A stretch of 32,000 nt of DNA from assembly GCF_049243625.1 (NCBI RefSeq), contig NZ_CP046975.1, one strand, 5' to 3'. Shown here one piece after another: positions 10,251-18,107 of the stretch. The translations under genes and the position numbers were made by a program. A model generated the notes under the pieces. That model was not told where the DNA came from. It worked only from the letters and a program-made list of their open reading frames with translations, and ran no database searches. Origin of the DNA: Corynebacterium amycolatum (lineage in GTDB: Bacteria; Actinomycetota; Actinomycetes; Mycobacteriales; Mycobacteriaceae). Positions within the stretch are counted from its first letter, which is position 1. Each line of letters starts with the position of its first letter.

Positions 10251-10959
10251 ATGGGGGGGGAGAAAAAGGCACACACAGGTCGCCGCTACGTGCCCCGGGG
10301 AGGCAATACCGCCCCGAAGCCAGGCCGAAACCACCCCACCGGACATTCAGACCATCGGCATCGTAGGCGTCGGCAAGCTGGGCTCCGCGCTCGGCCAGGT
10401 CGCCGCCGCGGCCGGCTTCAAAATTCTCGCCACCTCCCGCCCAGGCCCCATGCGCGAGGCAATCATCTCCACCGTGCTGCCCACCACCACCGTCGTCGAC
10501 TATGAAGAGCTAGCTTCGCTTGCCGATGTCGTCATCTTCGCGGTCCCGAATACAGAGGTGGCAAACTTCGACCTCTCCAAAGTGCGCGGAACAATTATCG
10601 ACGCCACCAACCCCTGGGAGGCCACCGGAACCAACTCCGCAGAGTCCGTAACAACGGCGGACCTCGCCAAGCGATCCCCAGGGGCCCACATCGCCAAGAC
10701 GCTAAACCACGTCTCCTATGAAGAACTGATTAGCGACTACCGAACCCCGGAAGAGATCGCCGAGGGCGCACCGCGCCGAGCAATCGCGGTCATGTCGACT
10801 GACCCGGCGGCCCTCGAGGCCGCACGAGCAACAGTCGAAGCCTTCGGATTTGAACCCGTGCCCGTTGACGTGAGCGTCGGCAAGCGATTTAGGCCCGACG
10901 GCAACCTTTTCGGAGCGTGTCTATCTGCAGATCAGATGAGGCAGGCGGTCGAGGAATAG
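10251..10959 (+). pseudogene. NADP oxidoreductase, coenzyme F420-dependent / ProC-like Rossmann family, with no in-frame canonical start
   Basis: The Rossmann motif IGIVGVGKLGSALG (from 10354) is in the frame of ORF 10450..10959, but no ATG/GTG/TTG precedes it in that frame. The only upstream ATG (10251) is fused to a G8 tract and is out of frame by 1 nt. Confidence 0.6.
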
Positions 10960-10981
10960 AAGCGCCAACTAACTCCTGGGG

Positions 10982-12043
10982 CTAGTAGCGAATGGCCATG
11001 CGACCATCGATCTTGCCCTGGCGCATCAGCTCGAAGACATCATTAATCTCATGCAGCGAGCACTCCTTAACGGTCGGCTTGACCAGCCCGCGGGCGTAGA
11101 AGTCGAGAGCCTCGGCCATATCCTGGCGCGTGCCGACAAGTGAACCACGAATAGTGAGATTGCGGAAGACAATGTCGAACACACTCGCCGGGAACTCCCC
11201 CGGCGGAAGGCCATTGAAGACAATGGTTCCATCGCGGCGCGCCATACCAAGAGCCTGGCCGAACGCATCCCTATGGACAGCAGTGACCAGAATGCCGTGA
11301 GCTCCACCATCAGTATAGGCCTGAACCGCCTGGACCGGATCCTCATCCTTGGCGTTTACCACGAACTCGGCACCCCACTCCTTTGCATGGTCGAGTTTGT
11401 CTTCCGCGATATCCACGGCGATTACACGCATACCCATCGCCTTGGCGTACTGGATCGCCAAATGCCCCAATCCACCGACGCCGGAGACCACCATAAACTG
11501 ACCCGGCTTCGTCTCGGAAACCTTGAGGCCCTTATATACAGTCACGCCGGCGCAGAGAATCGGCGCAGCCTCCAGGTAGTCCACGCCCTCCGGTATGCGA
11601 GCGGCATACCGCGTGTCGACCAGCATGTACTCGCCAAAGGAACCGTCCTGGGTATAGCCGCCATACTCGGCGTCGTTGCACTGAGTCTCACGACCGGTCC
11701 GGCAGTACTCACAGTCACCACACGCGGACCACAGCCATGCATTGCCGACAATGTCACCCACGCTGACCGAATGCTTTCCAGGACCGAGCTCGATCACCTC
11801 ACCGATTCCCTCATGCCCCGGAATGAAGGGCGGCTCCGGCTTCACCGGCCAGTCCCCCTCTGTCGCATGCAAGTCAGTGTGGCAGACGCCGGAGGCAATC
11901 AATTTCACGAGCGCCTGATTCAGCCCCGGCTTTGGCAGATCGACGTCGCGAACATTGAGGTTTGACCCGAATTCATCAACAACTGCGGCAGTGAACTGGG
12001 AGGACTGCCCAGAACGGACACGGTCTGGCTGCACGGAGGTCAT
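10982..12043 (-). CDS. adhA: Zn-dependent alcohol dehydrogenase
   Basis: GVCHTDLH, PGHEGIGEV, structural-Zn CGDCEYCRTGRETQC, Rossmann GVGGLGH. AAGGAG sits 6 nt upstream of ATG 12043. Confidence 0.92.
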   Translation of the reverse strand: MTSVQPDRVRSGQSSQFTAAVVDEFGSNLNVRDVDLPKPGLNQALVKLIASGVCHTDLHATEGDWPVKPEPPFIPGHEGIGEVIELGPGKHSVSVGDIVGNAWLWSACGDCEYCRTGRETQCNDAEYGGYTQDGSFGEYMLVDTRYAARIPEGVDYLEAAPILCAGVTVYKGLKVSETKPGQFMVVSGVGGLGHLAIQYAKAMGMRVIAVDIAEDKLDHAKEWGAEFVVNAKDEDPVQAVQAYTDGGAHGILVTAVHRDAFGQALGMARRDGTIVFNGLPPGEFPASVFDIVFRNLTIRGSLVGTRQDMAEALDFYARGLVKPTVKECSLHEINDVFELMRQGKIDGRMAIRY

Positions 12044-12416
12044 AATCAATCAACTCCTTGACTGGTCGGAAAACAACTGACGTGCAACCCCACGCTTTTT
12101 GAAAACGGTTTGCATTAGAATATTTCGTTTCGTTTGTAAAACTATGGGGCGCAAAAGTCAGCATACAGTGACGCACGCCACGCTGTACACCCTTATTTTT
12201 CTAATGGAACATATTTAGAGCATGATCAGCGGACGGAATTAAGAAACCCATTCGTTGCGAAAATCGCCGAAAACGCGCAGGTTACACCGCATAGCCATGA
12301 TTTCAGCACTAATTACGGCGTTAGTTATGTACACGTCCATGGCTCGTGATACAACTCACAAGAGAACTATTTTCACTCAGCCATCACCCTGGCTGAGCCA
12401 GCCCAGAAGGAACATC

Positions 12417-15400
12417 ATGAGCGTGCTCAACCTCGCCGAGGCGGCGACTGAGACGGCAATGATTCCGGAATCTACCGGTTTCACCATCGCGGTCGGCGTC
12501 ATTGGCGTCCTCTTGTCCCTGCCCTGCTGGTTCGTCTTCATCAAGGGCTTCACCCATATGGTGAAGACCATCATGGTGGGCCAGAAGACCTACGGTCACA
12601 CCGGTGACTGGGGATCACGAATCTGGACCACGATCCGCGAGATCGTTGGCCACACCAAGATGAGCAAGAAGCCGGGCGTAGCCGTGGCCCACTGGTTCGT
12701 CATGGTCGGATTCCTCCTCGGATCACTGGTCTGGTTCGAGGCATACATCCAGACCTTCTGGCCTGCCGGCGGCTGGCCAATCCTGAAGGATCTGACGCTG
12801 TGGCATTTCGTCGATGAAATCCTGGGTGTCGGTACGACCCTGGGCATCCTGACACTGATCCTCGTCCGCCAGACCAACCTGGGCAAGGAGCGCCTGAGCC
12901 GCTTCTACGGCTCCAACGCCAAGGCTGCCTACTTCGTAGAGGCTGTCGTCCTCATCGAGGGCCTGGGCATGATGTTCGTCAAGGCTGCCAAGCTGGCTAC
13001 CTACGGCGACCACGGTCACACTGGCGCCGAGGTCTGGAACTGGGCGAACTTCGTCACCGGTGGTATCGCACAGATTCTGCCGGCCTCCGAAGTCATGGTG
13101 TCCATCTTCGCGCTGATTAAGCTGCTGTCCGGTATGGTCTGGCTCTTCGTTGTTGGCCGCAACCTGACTTGGGGTGTCGCATGGCACCGCTTCCTGGCAT
13201 TCGCCAACATCCTGCTCAAGCGCAACGCTGATGGCTACAACGCCCTCGCTGGCGCTAAGCCGATGACCTCTAACGGCGAGATTTTGAACCTGGAAGAAGC
13301 TGACCCAGAAGTTGACTCCATGGGTACCGGTGTGGTCACCGACCACTCCTGGAAGGCTCTGCTGGACTTCACCTCTTGTACTGAGTGTGGTCGCTGCCAG
13401 GAGCAGTGCCCGGCATGGAACACTTCCAAGCCACTGTCCCCGAAGCTGCTGGTTAACCAGCTGCGTGACCACGCTTACGCTTCCGCCCCGTACCTGCTGG
13501 CTGGCGAGACCATCGAAACCGCTCGCGAGGGCGAAGGCGCTGGCGCCGCACTGCTGACCAAGCCGCTGGTTGGCGACGGCGACGAGGGCATCATCGACCA
13601 GGATGTCCTGTGGTCCTGTACCAACTGTGGTGCCTGTGTCGAGCAGTGCCCGGTTGACATTGAGCACATCGACCACATCGTTGATATGCGCCGCTACCAG
13701 GTTCTGGTTGAGTCGGACTTCCCGACCGAGCTGGCTGGCCTGTTCAAGAACCTCGAGACCAAGGGCAACCCGTGGGGCCAGAACGCTTCCACTCGTGCCG
13801 ACTGGATCAACGAGGTCCGCAAGGAAGGCGTCGTCGTCCCGATTTGGGGCGAGGATGTCGAGAGCTTCGACGACACCGAGTACCTGTTCTGGGTCGGTTG
13901 TGCCGGTGCTTACGACGACAATGCGAAGAAGACCACCAAGGCTGTTGCGGAGATGCTTTACACCGCCGGTGTGAAGTACGCTGTGCTCTCCCAGGCTGAG
14001 GGTTGTACTGGTGATTCCGCTCGCCGCGCTGGTAACGAGTTCCTCTTCCAGATGCTGGCTGAGCAGAACATCGAACAGCTCGATGAGGTCTTCGACGGTG
14101 TCCCACCGAAGCAGCGCAAGATTGTCGTCACCTGTGCGCACTGCTTCAACACCTTCAAGAACGAGTACCCAGAGCTGGGCGGGCAGTACGAAGTTGTCCA
14201 CCACACCCAGCTGCTAAATAAGCTGGTTCGCGCTAACCGTCTGCAGCCGGTTGCTTCCGGCCAGGGCCGCCAGGTCACCTACCACGACCCATGCTTCCTG
14301 GGCCGCCACAACAAGGTATTCGAGGCTCCGCGTGAGCTGATTGGCGCGTCCGGCGCTAACCTCGTCGAAATGCCTCGTAATAAGAACACCGGCTTCTGCT
14401 GTGGTGCTGGTGGCGCGCGTATGTGGATGGAAGAGACCATCGGTCAGCGCATCAACGTGAACCGCACCGAAGAGGCTGTCGGAACCGGTGCTGAGGCAAT
14501 TGCCATCGGCTGCCCGTTCTGTAAGACGATGATGAACGATGGCGTCAACAACGTCATCGAGGACGACGAGAAGAAGCCGGAGGTCCTGGACATCGCCCAG
14601 ATGCTCCGTGACTCCGTGAAGGTCGACGGCGAGCTGCCGCAGGCACGCGAACCGGAGTGGATTGAGCAGCCAGAGCGTGGCTGGGTCGATCCGAAGAAGG
14701 CTGAAGAGGAAGAGCGCCTGCGCCTCGAGGAAGAGGACGCTAAGCGCAAGAAGGCTGAGGCTGCCGAGAAGAAGAAGGCAGAGAAGGCTGCTGCCGGCGC
14801 TGGTGCCGCAGCTGCTGGTGCTGCTGCAGGCGCTGCCACCAAGGGCGGCGCTCCGACTCCGGGTGGTGCCAAGAAGGGCGCTCCATCTCCAGGTGGAGCA
14901 CCGAAGCCAGGCGGAGCAAAGGGCGGAGCACCGACCCCGGGTGGTGCCAAGAAGGGCGCTCCATCTCCAGGTGGAGCTCCAAAGCCTGGCGGCGCTAAGG
15001 CCGGTGCTCCAACTCCGGGCAGCGCCAAGAAGGGTGCCCCGCCCCCAGGTGGCGCCAAGTCCGGTGCCCCAACTCCGGGCGGCGCCAAGAAGGGTGCCCC
15101 GACCCCAGGTGGCGCCAAGTCCGGTGCCCCAACTCCGGGCGGCGCCAAGAAGGGTGCCCCGACCCCAGGTGGCGCCAAGTCCGGTGCCCCGACCCCAGGT
15201 GGCGCGAAGAAGGGTGCTCCGGTTCCGGGCGGCGCCAAGGCTGCTAAGCCGGCCACGCAGGCAGAGCCAGCAGCTGCGGAAACCGAAGCTCCGGCTGAGA
15301 CCCCGAAGGCAACCAAGGGCGCACCGATTCCGGGTGGCGCACGCAAGGGCGCCCCTGTCCCAGGTGGCGCTAAGAAGGCAGCTCCAGCCGCCAAGCCGAA

Positions 15401-15809
15401 GGCCGAGGAAGCTACTCCTGCCGAGGACACCGCTGCCGAGGTAGCGGCCACCGAGTCCAAGCAGCCAGCAGCTGAGCAGCCGAAGACCGCATCCGGTGTT
15501 CCGGTTCCGGGCGGCGCACGTAAGGGTGCTCCGATTCCGGGTGGCGCACGCAAGGCCAAGCCAGTCGCTAGCGCCCCTGCCCCGGCAGTCGAGGAAACCG
15601 AGACTCAGGAAGCATCTGCCCAGCCAGAGGCGGAGCAGGCTCCGGAACAGCCAGAGGTTACCGAAGAGCAGGCGACGGAAGAAGCCACCTCCACCGAGCA
15701 GGCTGCTGATGCTCCTGCCGAGGAGACGCAGGCACCGTCGGCAAGCGCTAAGAACCTTCCGCGCAACCAGCACGGAGTTCCGCTGCCAGGATCGGCGCGA
15801 CGTAAGTAA
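12417..15809 (+). CDS. Membrane-bound Fe-S / CCG-domain reductase (HdrD/GlpC-like, Rv0338c-like) with a long Pro/Ala/Gly/Lys repeat tail
   Basis: N-terminal multi-TM domain. Two CxxCxxCxxxCP ferredoxin motifs (CTECGRCQEQCP, CTNCGACVEQCP). Cys-rich CCG regions (WVGCAGAYD, GFCCGAGGARMW). GAAGGA RBS before ATG 12417, so the ORF-track start at 12255 is unlikely. Confidence 0.9.
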   Translation: MSVLNLAEAATETAMIPESTGFTIAVGVIGVLLSLPCWFVFIKGFTHMVKTIMVGQKTYGHTGDWGSRIWTTIREIVGHTKMSKKPGVAVAHWFVMVGFLLGSLVWFEAYIQTFWPAGGWPILKDLTLWHFVDEILGVGTTLGILTLILVRQTNLGKERLSRFYGSNAKAAYFVEAVVLIEGLGMMFVKAAKLATYGDHGHTGAEVWNWANFVTGGIAQILPASEVMVSIFALIKLLSGMVWLFVVGRNLTWGVAWHRFLAFANILLKRNADGYNALAGAKPMTSNGEILNLEEADPEVDSMGTGVVTDHSWKALLDFTSCTECGRCQEQCPAWNTSKPLSPKLLVNQLRDHAYASAPYLLAGETIETAREGEGAGAALLTKPLVGDGDEGIIDQDVLWSCTNCGACVEQCPVDIEHIDHIVDMRRYQVLVESDFPTELAGLFKNLETKGNPWGQNASTRADWINEVRKEGVVVPIWGEDVESFDDTEYLFWVGCAGAYDDNAKKTTKAVAEMLYTAGVKYAVLSQAEGCTGDSARRAGNEFLFQMLAEQNIEQLDEVFDGVPPKQRKIVVTCAHCFNTFKNEYPELGGQYEVVHHTQLLNKLVRANRLQPVASGQGRQVTYHDPCFLGRHNKVFEAPRELIGASGANLVEMPRNKNTGFCCGAGGARMWMEETIGQRINVNRTEEAVGTGAEAIAIGCPFCKTMMNDGVNNVIEDDEKKPEVLDIAQMLRDSVKVDGELPQAREPEWIEQPERGWVDPKKAEEEERLRLEEEDAKRKKAEAAEKKKAEKAAAGAGAAAAGAAAGAATKGGAPTPGGAKKGAPSPGGAPKPGGAKGGAPTPGGAKKGAPSPGGAPKPGGAKAGAPTPGSAKKGAPPPGGAKSGAPTPGGAKKGAPTPGGAKSGAPTPGGAKKGAPTPGGAKSGAPTPGGAKKGAPVPGGAKAAKPATQAEPAAAETEAPAETPKATKGAPIPGGARKGAPVPGGAKKAAPAAKPKAEEATPAEDTAAEVAATESKQPAAEQPKTASGVPVPGGARKGAPIPGGARKAKPVASAPAPAVEETETQEASAQPEAEQAPEQPEVTEEQATEEATSTEQAADAPAEETQAPSASAKNLPRNQHGVPLPGSARRK
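14847..15240 (+). repeat. In-frame tandem coding repeats (75-bp x2, then 60-bp x4) encoding GAPxPGGAK(K/S) units
   Basis: 15061-15120 and 15121-15180 are identical. 15001-15060 differs at 3 positions and 15181-15240 is more diverged. 14848-14997 holds two 75-bp units sharing an identical ~40-nt core. Confidence 0.95.
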
Positions 15810-15827
15810 CGCTCCCTAAATAAGCGA

Positions 15828-15868
15828 GAATCCGCCCGAGAGGTTATTCTTCCCGGGCGGATTTTTTG
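15828..15868 (+). terminator. Rho-independent terminator of the Fe-S reductase gene
   Basis: AATCCGCCCG (15829-15838) pairs with CGGGCGGATT (15854-15863), followed by a T-run to 15867. Confidence 0.85.
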
Positions 15869-15977
15869 TGCTTTACGACGACCCCTGCGCCACGGCATTA
15901 ATCATGCAAATGGCACTCTCAACCGCACTGACAATATATTGATTACTGCATCCCGTTAGAGATGACCGCGTTGTGGT

Positions 15978-17162
15978 GTGGAAAGAGGTCTTGGCGTAGT
16001 GATTAAGAAATCGCTGTCACAGATAAGAGACTTTCTGAGGACTCCGGGGTCAGTGGAGATGGTCATTGCGCTGATCCTCACTGCTCTCGATGCGCTAATT
16101 TTCCGCGAGAGCAACTCTGATCTTTTGTTGCCAACCATTATCGGTGGCCTTCAGGTCATTCTTGTTGCAGTGGCGACGTATTTGCCGCTCTTTGCCATGG
16201 TGGTTGTCCCAGCGAATTTCTTGGCATTGACTTTCCTTCCTACAGAGCAGGCTCCAATGCAGATTTTCTGCGCGCTTCTCATTGTGGAAGTGATGCGTGC
16301 TAACAACAACAAGATGCCGGCGAGAATCACTGCGTTGCTCTTGTTGGTGATTTCAAACTACGACGTAAACACAAGTACTTTCGCGCGCGACCACGTCGCG
16401 ACCTTTGTGACAACGCTACTTTTTGTAATTGCCTACGCCATCGGCATGATGCGCAGTCGCTACAAAGAGCAACGCCGGCAGGCAACGATTGAATCTAACC
16501 GCGCCCTGGAAGAACAACGCCTTGAGTTGGCGACCGTACTGCACGACTCCACCGCCAAGTCCTTTACTCGCGTAACCATGCTGGCGCAGGCGCTCGCCAT
16601 CGAGCGAGAAGGGACAGATGAAAAGCTTGAAGAGTCCCTAGAGGACATCGCAGAAACCTCCCGAGAAGGTCTGCTACAGCTTCGCCAGTTGCTTTCACTG
16701 CTGAAATCCGCTGACGAAGAAAGCTCTTTGACCTCGGCTATTGGCCAAGATGAGCGAGTTCCTAGCATGAACAGGGTGCTCCAGCAGGCCAAGGATGAAC
16801 TGCAGGAAGCTGGGTTTAACGTTTCGCTGGCCACGAGGATTGAAACCGAGCCCTCTTTGACGCAGATTTCAGAAGTTATCTCGCCGGCGCTGTCGGAGTT
16901 CTGCACGAACATTCAGAAGTACGGCGAGCCGCAAACGAACGTCCACATTCTGGCGCTGGGCAATGAGGAGGATGGCTTCACGCTCGACATCAGCAATCAG
17001 ATATCGAAGGCGCTACCGAATTTTCTGCCGCGGGCGATGCTATCGAGCGGTTTGGGGCTTTCCTCACTGCATCGGCGAGTGCGACCGTGGGACGGTTCCA
17101 TCACGTCGGAACGAGAAGGAAATGTGTGGAATACCAAACTCCACATGCCACCTACCAATTAG
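15978..17162 (+). CDS. Sensor histidine kinase, HisKA_3 type, with a multi-TM N-terminus and divergent ATP-binding boxes
   Basis: About 170 hydrophobic N-terminal residues. H-box LATVLHDSTAKSF, N-box-like SEFCTNIQKYGE, G2-like SGLGLSSL. The start is uncertain (GTG 15978, GTG 15999 or a later ATG). Confidence 0.75.
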   Translation: MERGLGVVIKKSLSQIRDFLRTPGSVEMVIALILTALDALIFRESNSDLLLPTIIGGLQVILVAVATYLPLFAMVVVPANFLALTFLPTEQAPMQIFCALLIVEVMRANNNKMPARITALLLLVISNYDVNTSTFARDHVATFVTTLLFVIAYAIGMMRSRYKEQRRQATIESNRALEEQRLELATVLHDSTAKSFTRVTMLAQALAIEREGTDEKLEESLEDIAETSREGLLQLRQLLSLLKSADEESSLTSAIGQDERVPSMNRVLQQAKDELQEAGFNVSLATRIETEPSLTQISEVISPALSEFCTNIQKYGEPQTNVHILALGNEEDGFTLDISNQISKALPNFLPRAMLSSGLGLSSLHRRVRPWDGSITSEREGNVWNTKLHMPPTN

Positions 17163-17298
17163 TAGGTTACGCTAACGTAGGATAGATATAAAAGCTCATT
17201 GTGGCGAATATGACTCTCGAAACGTCCTGGTTAGCGTAGTAATATCGCACAATGACAGATATTGTTCGGTTTTTATAAATTCTATGAAAGGTTCGCGG

Positions 17299-17952
17299 AT
17301 GTCTGACATCAAGGTTCTCATTGTCGATGACGACCCACTCGTACTCTCGACGCTGCGAACTTACTTCAAGAAGGCACCGCACATTACCGTGGTCGATGAA
17401 GCCAGCGATGGCCACGAGGCCCTCAATATCATTGCCCGCGGTGGCATTGACGTAGTTTTGACCGATATTCATATGCCCAACATGGACGGCGTTGAGCTGC
17501 TCGAGCGCATTAAGAAGGTGGAGAATCCACCGAAATTCATCGCTATCACCTCATTCGATACCGATGAAACAATGCTGAAAATCTTGAGCCTCGGCGGAAA
17601 CGGCTACATTCTCAAAACCGCCCGCCCCGAATCCGTCATTGGCACCATTGAAGATGTCTTCCAGGGCGGCACCGTCATCTCCCCGATTTCTGCGACTCGG
17701 CTGATTAAAACGCTGCCGTCCCGCAACATTTCCTCGTACAAGATCACTCATGCCGAGCGAGAGGTTCTCGGCCTGATTTGTCGCGGTAAGTCGAACCACG
17801 ACATCGCCAAGGAACTCGGCAAGTCGCCGGGCACCATCAAGAAGCACCTCTCCAGCATGTTCAATAAGTTCGGGGCTACCTCACGCCTGGACTTGGCTCT
17901 GAAAGCAATAGACGCAGGCTTCCAGCCTCCGGCATCCGCTGCCGCGCAATAG
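17299..17952 (+). CDS. Response regulator, NarL/LuxR family
   Basis: REC domain (KVLIVDDDPLV, VVLTDIHMPNMDG) plus LuxR HTH (EREVLGLICRGKSNHDIAKELGKSPGTIKKHLSSMFNKFG). AAAGG lies upstream of ATG 17299, whereas ATG 17284 has no RBS. Confidence 0.9.
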   Translation: MSDIKVLIVDDDPLVLSTLRTYFKKAPHITVVDEASDGHEALNIIARGGIDVVLTDIHMPNMDGVELLERIKKVENPPKFIAITSFDTDETMLKILSLGGNGYILKTARPESVIGTIEDVFQGGTVISPISATRLIKTLPSRNISSYKITHAEREVLGLICRGKSNHDIAKELGKSPGTIKKHLSSMFNKFGATSRLDLALKAIDAGFQPPASAAAQ

Positions 17953-18043
17953 CAAAAAGACGGAGTAGCAAAACAGCGGGATAGCAAAACACCGGAGTAG
18001 CAAAACAGCGGGATAGCAAAACACCGGAGTAGCAAAAAGGGGG
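17949..18043 (+). repeat. Six abutting ~16-bp direct repeats (two exact 32-bp units plus flanking variants), core TAGCAAAA
   Basis: ATAGCAAAAAGACGG | AGTAGCAAAACAGCGG | GATAGCAAAACACCGG | AGTAGCAAAACAGCGG | GATAGCAAAACACCGG | AGTAGCAAAAAGGGGG. The first copy contains the regulator stop codon TAG (17950-17952). Confidence 0.95.
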
Positions 18044-18074
18044 CCTATTCACTTTCGTGAATAGGCCCCCTTTT
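18033..18074. terminator. Bidirectional rho-independent terminator between the regulator gene and the secreted-paralogue operon
   Basis: 14-bp perfect stem GGGGGCCTATTCAC (18039-18052) / GTGAATAGGCCCCC (18057-18070) with a TTTC loop. A-run 18034-18038 upstream and T-run 18071-18074 downstream. Confidence 0.9.
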
Positions 18075-18107
18075 ACCCGTGCTGAGTGTGGAGAGAGAAC
18101 TGTGTAA

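Noticed and set aside
10251-10505. 84-aa Arg/His-rich ORF
   Set aside because: It is the out-of-frame reading of the oxidoreductase N-terminus. The Rossmann motif is seen in the neighbouring frame. It is discussed only as the carrier of the ATG-G8 start.
12050-12416. Possible RamB/GlxR-type sites in the adhA upstream region (for example AAAACGGTTTGCAT)
   Set aside because: The matches to the consensus sequences I remember are only partial, so I cannot support a call without a matrix scan.
14847-15240. Tandem 60/75-bp repeats as a possible CRISPR array
   Set aside because: The units abut without spacers, are in frame within a CDS, encode a peptide motif, and no cas genes are present.
12723-15773. 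Long ORFs 12723..14204 (-), 14214..15773 (-), 14444..15559 (-) and 14662..15444 (+)
   Set aside because: All overlap the Fe-S reductase gene. They are kept open by GC-rich codons and by the in-frame tandem repeats. Their translations are R/P/A/G-rich and have no RBS.
17949-18043. 16-bp repeat array as a possible CRISPR or mini-CRISPR
   Set aside because: The repeats are directly adjacent with no unique spacers, the unit is too short, and no cas genes are present.
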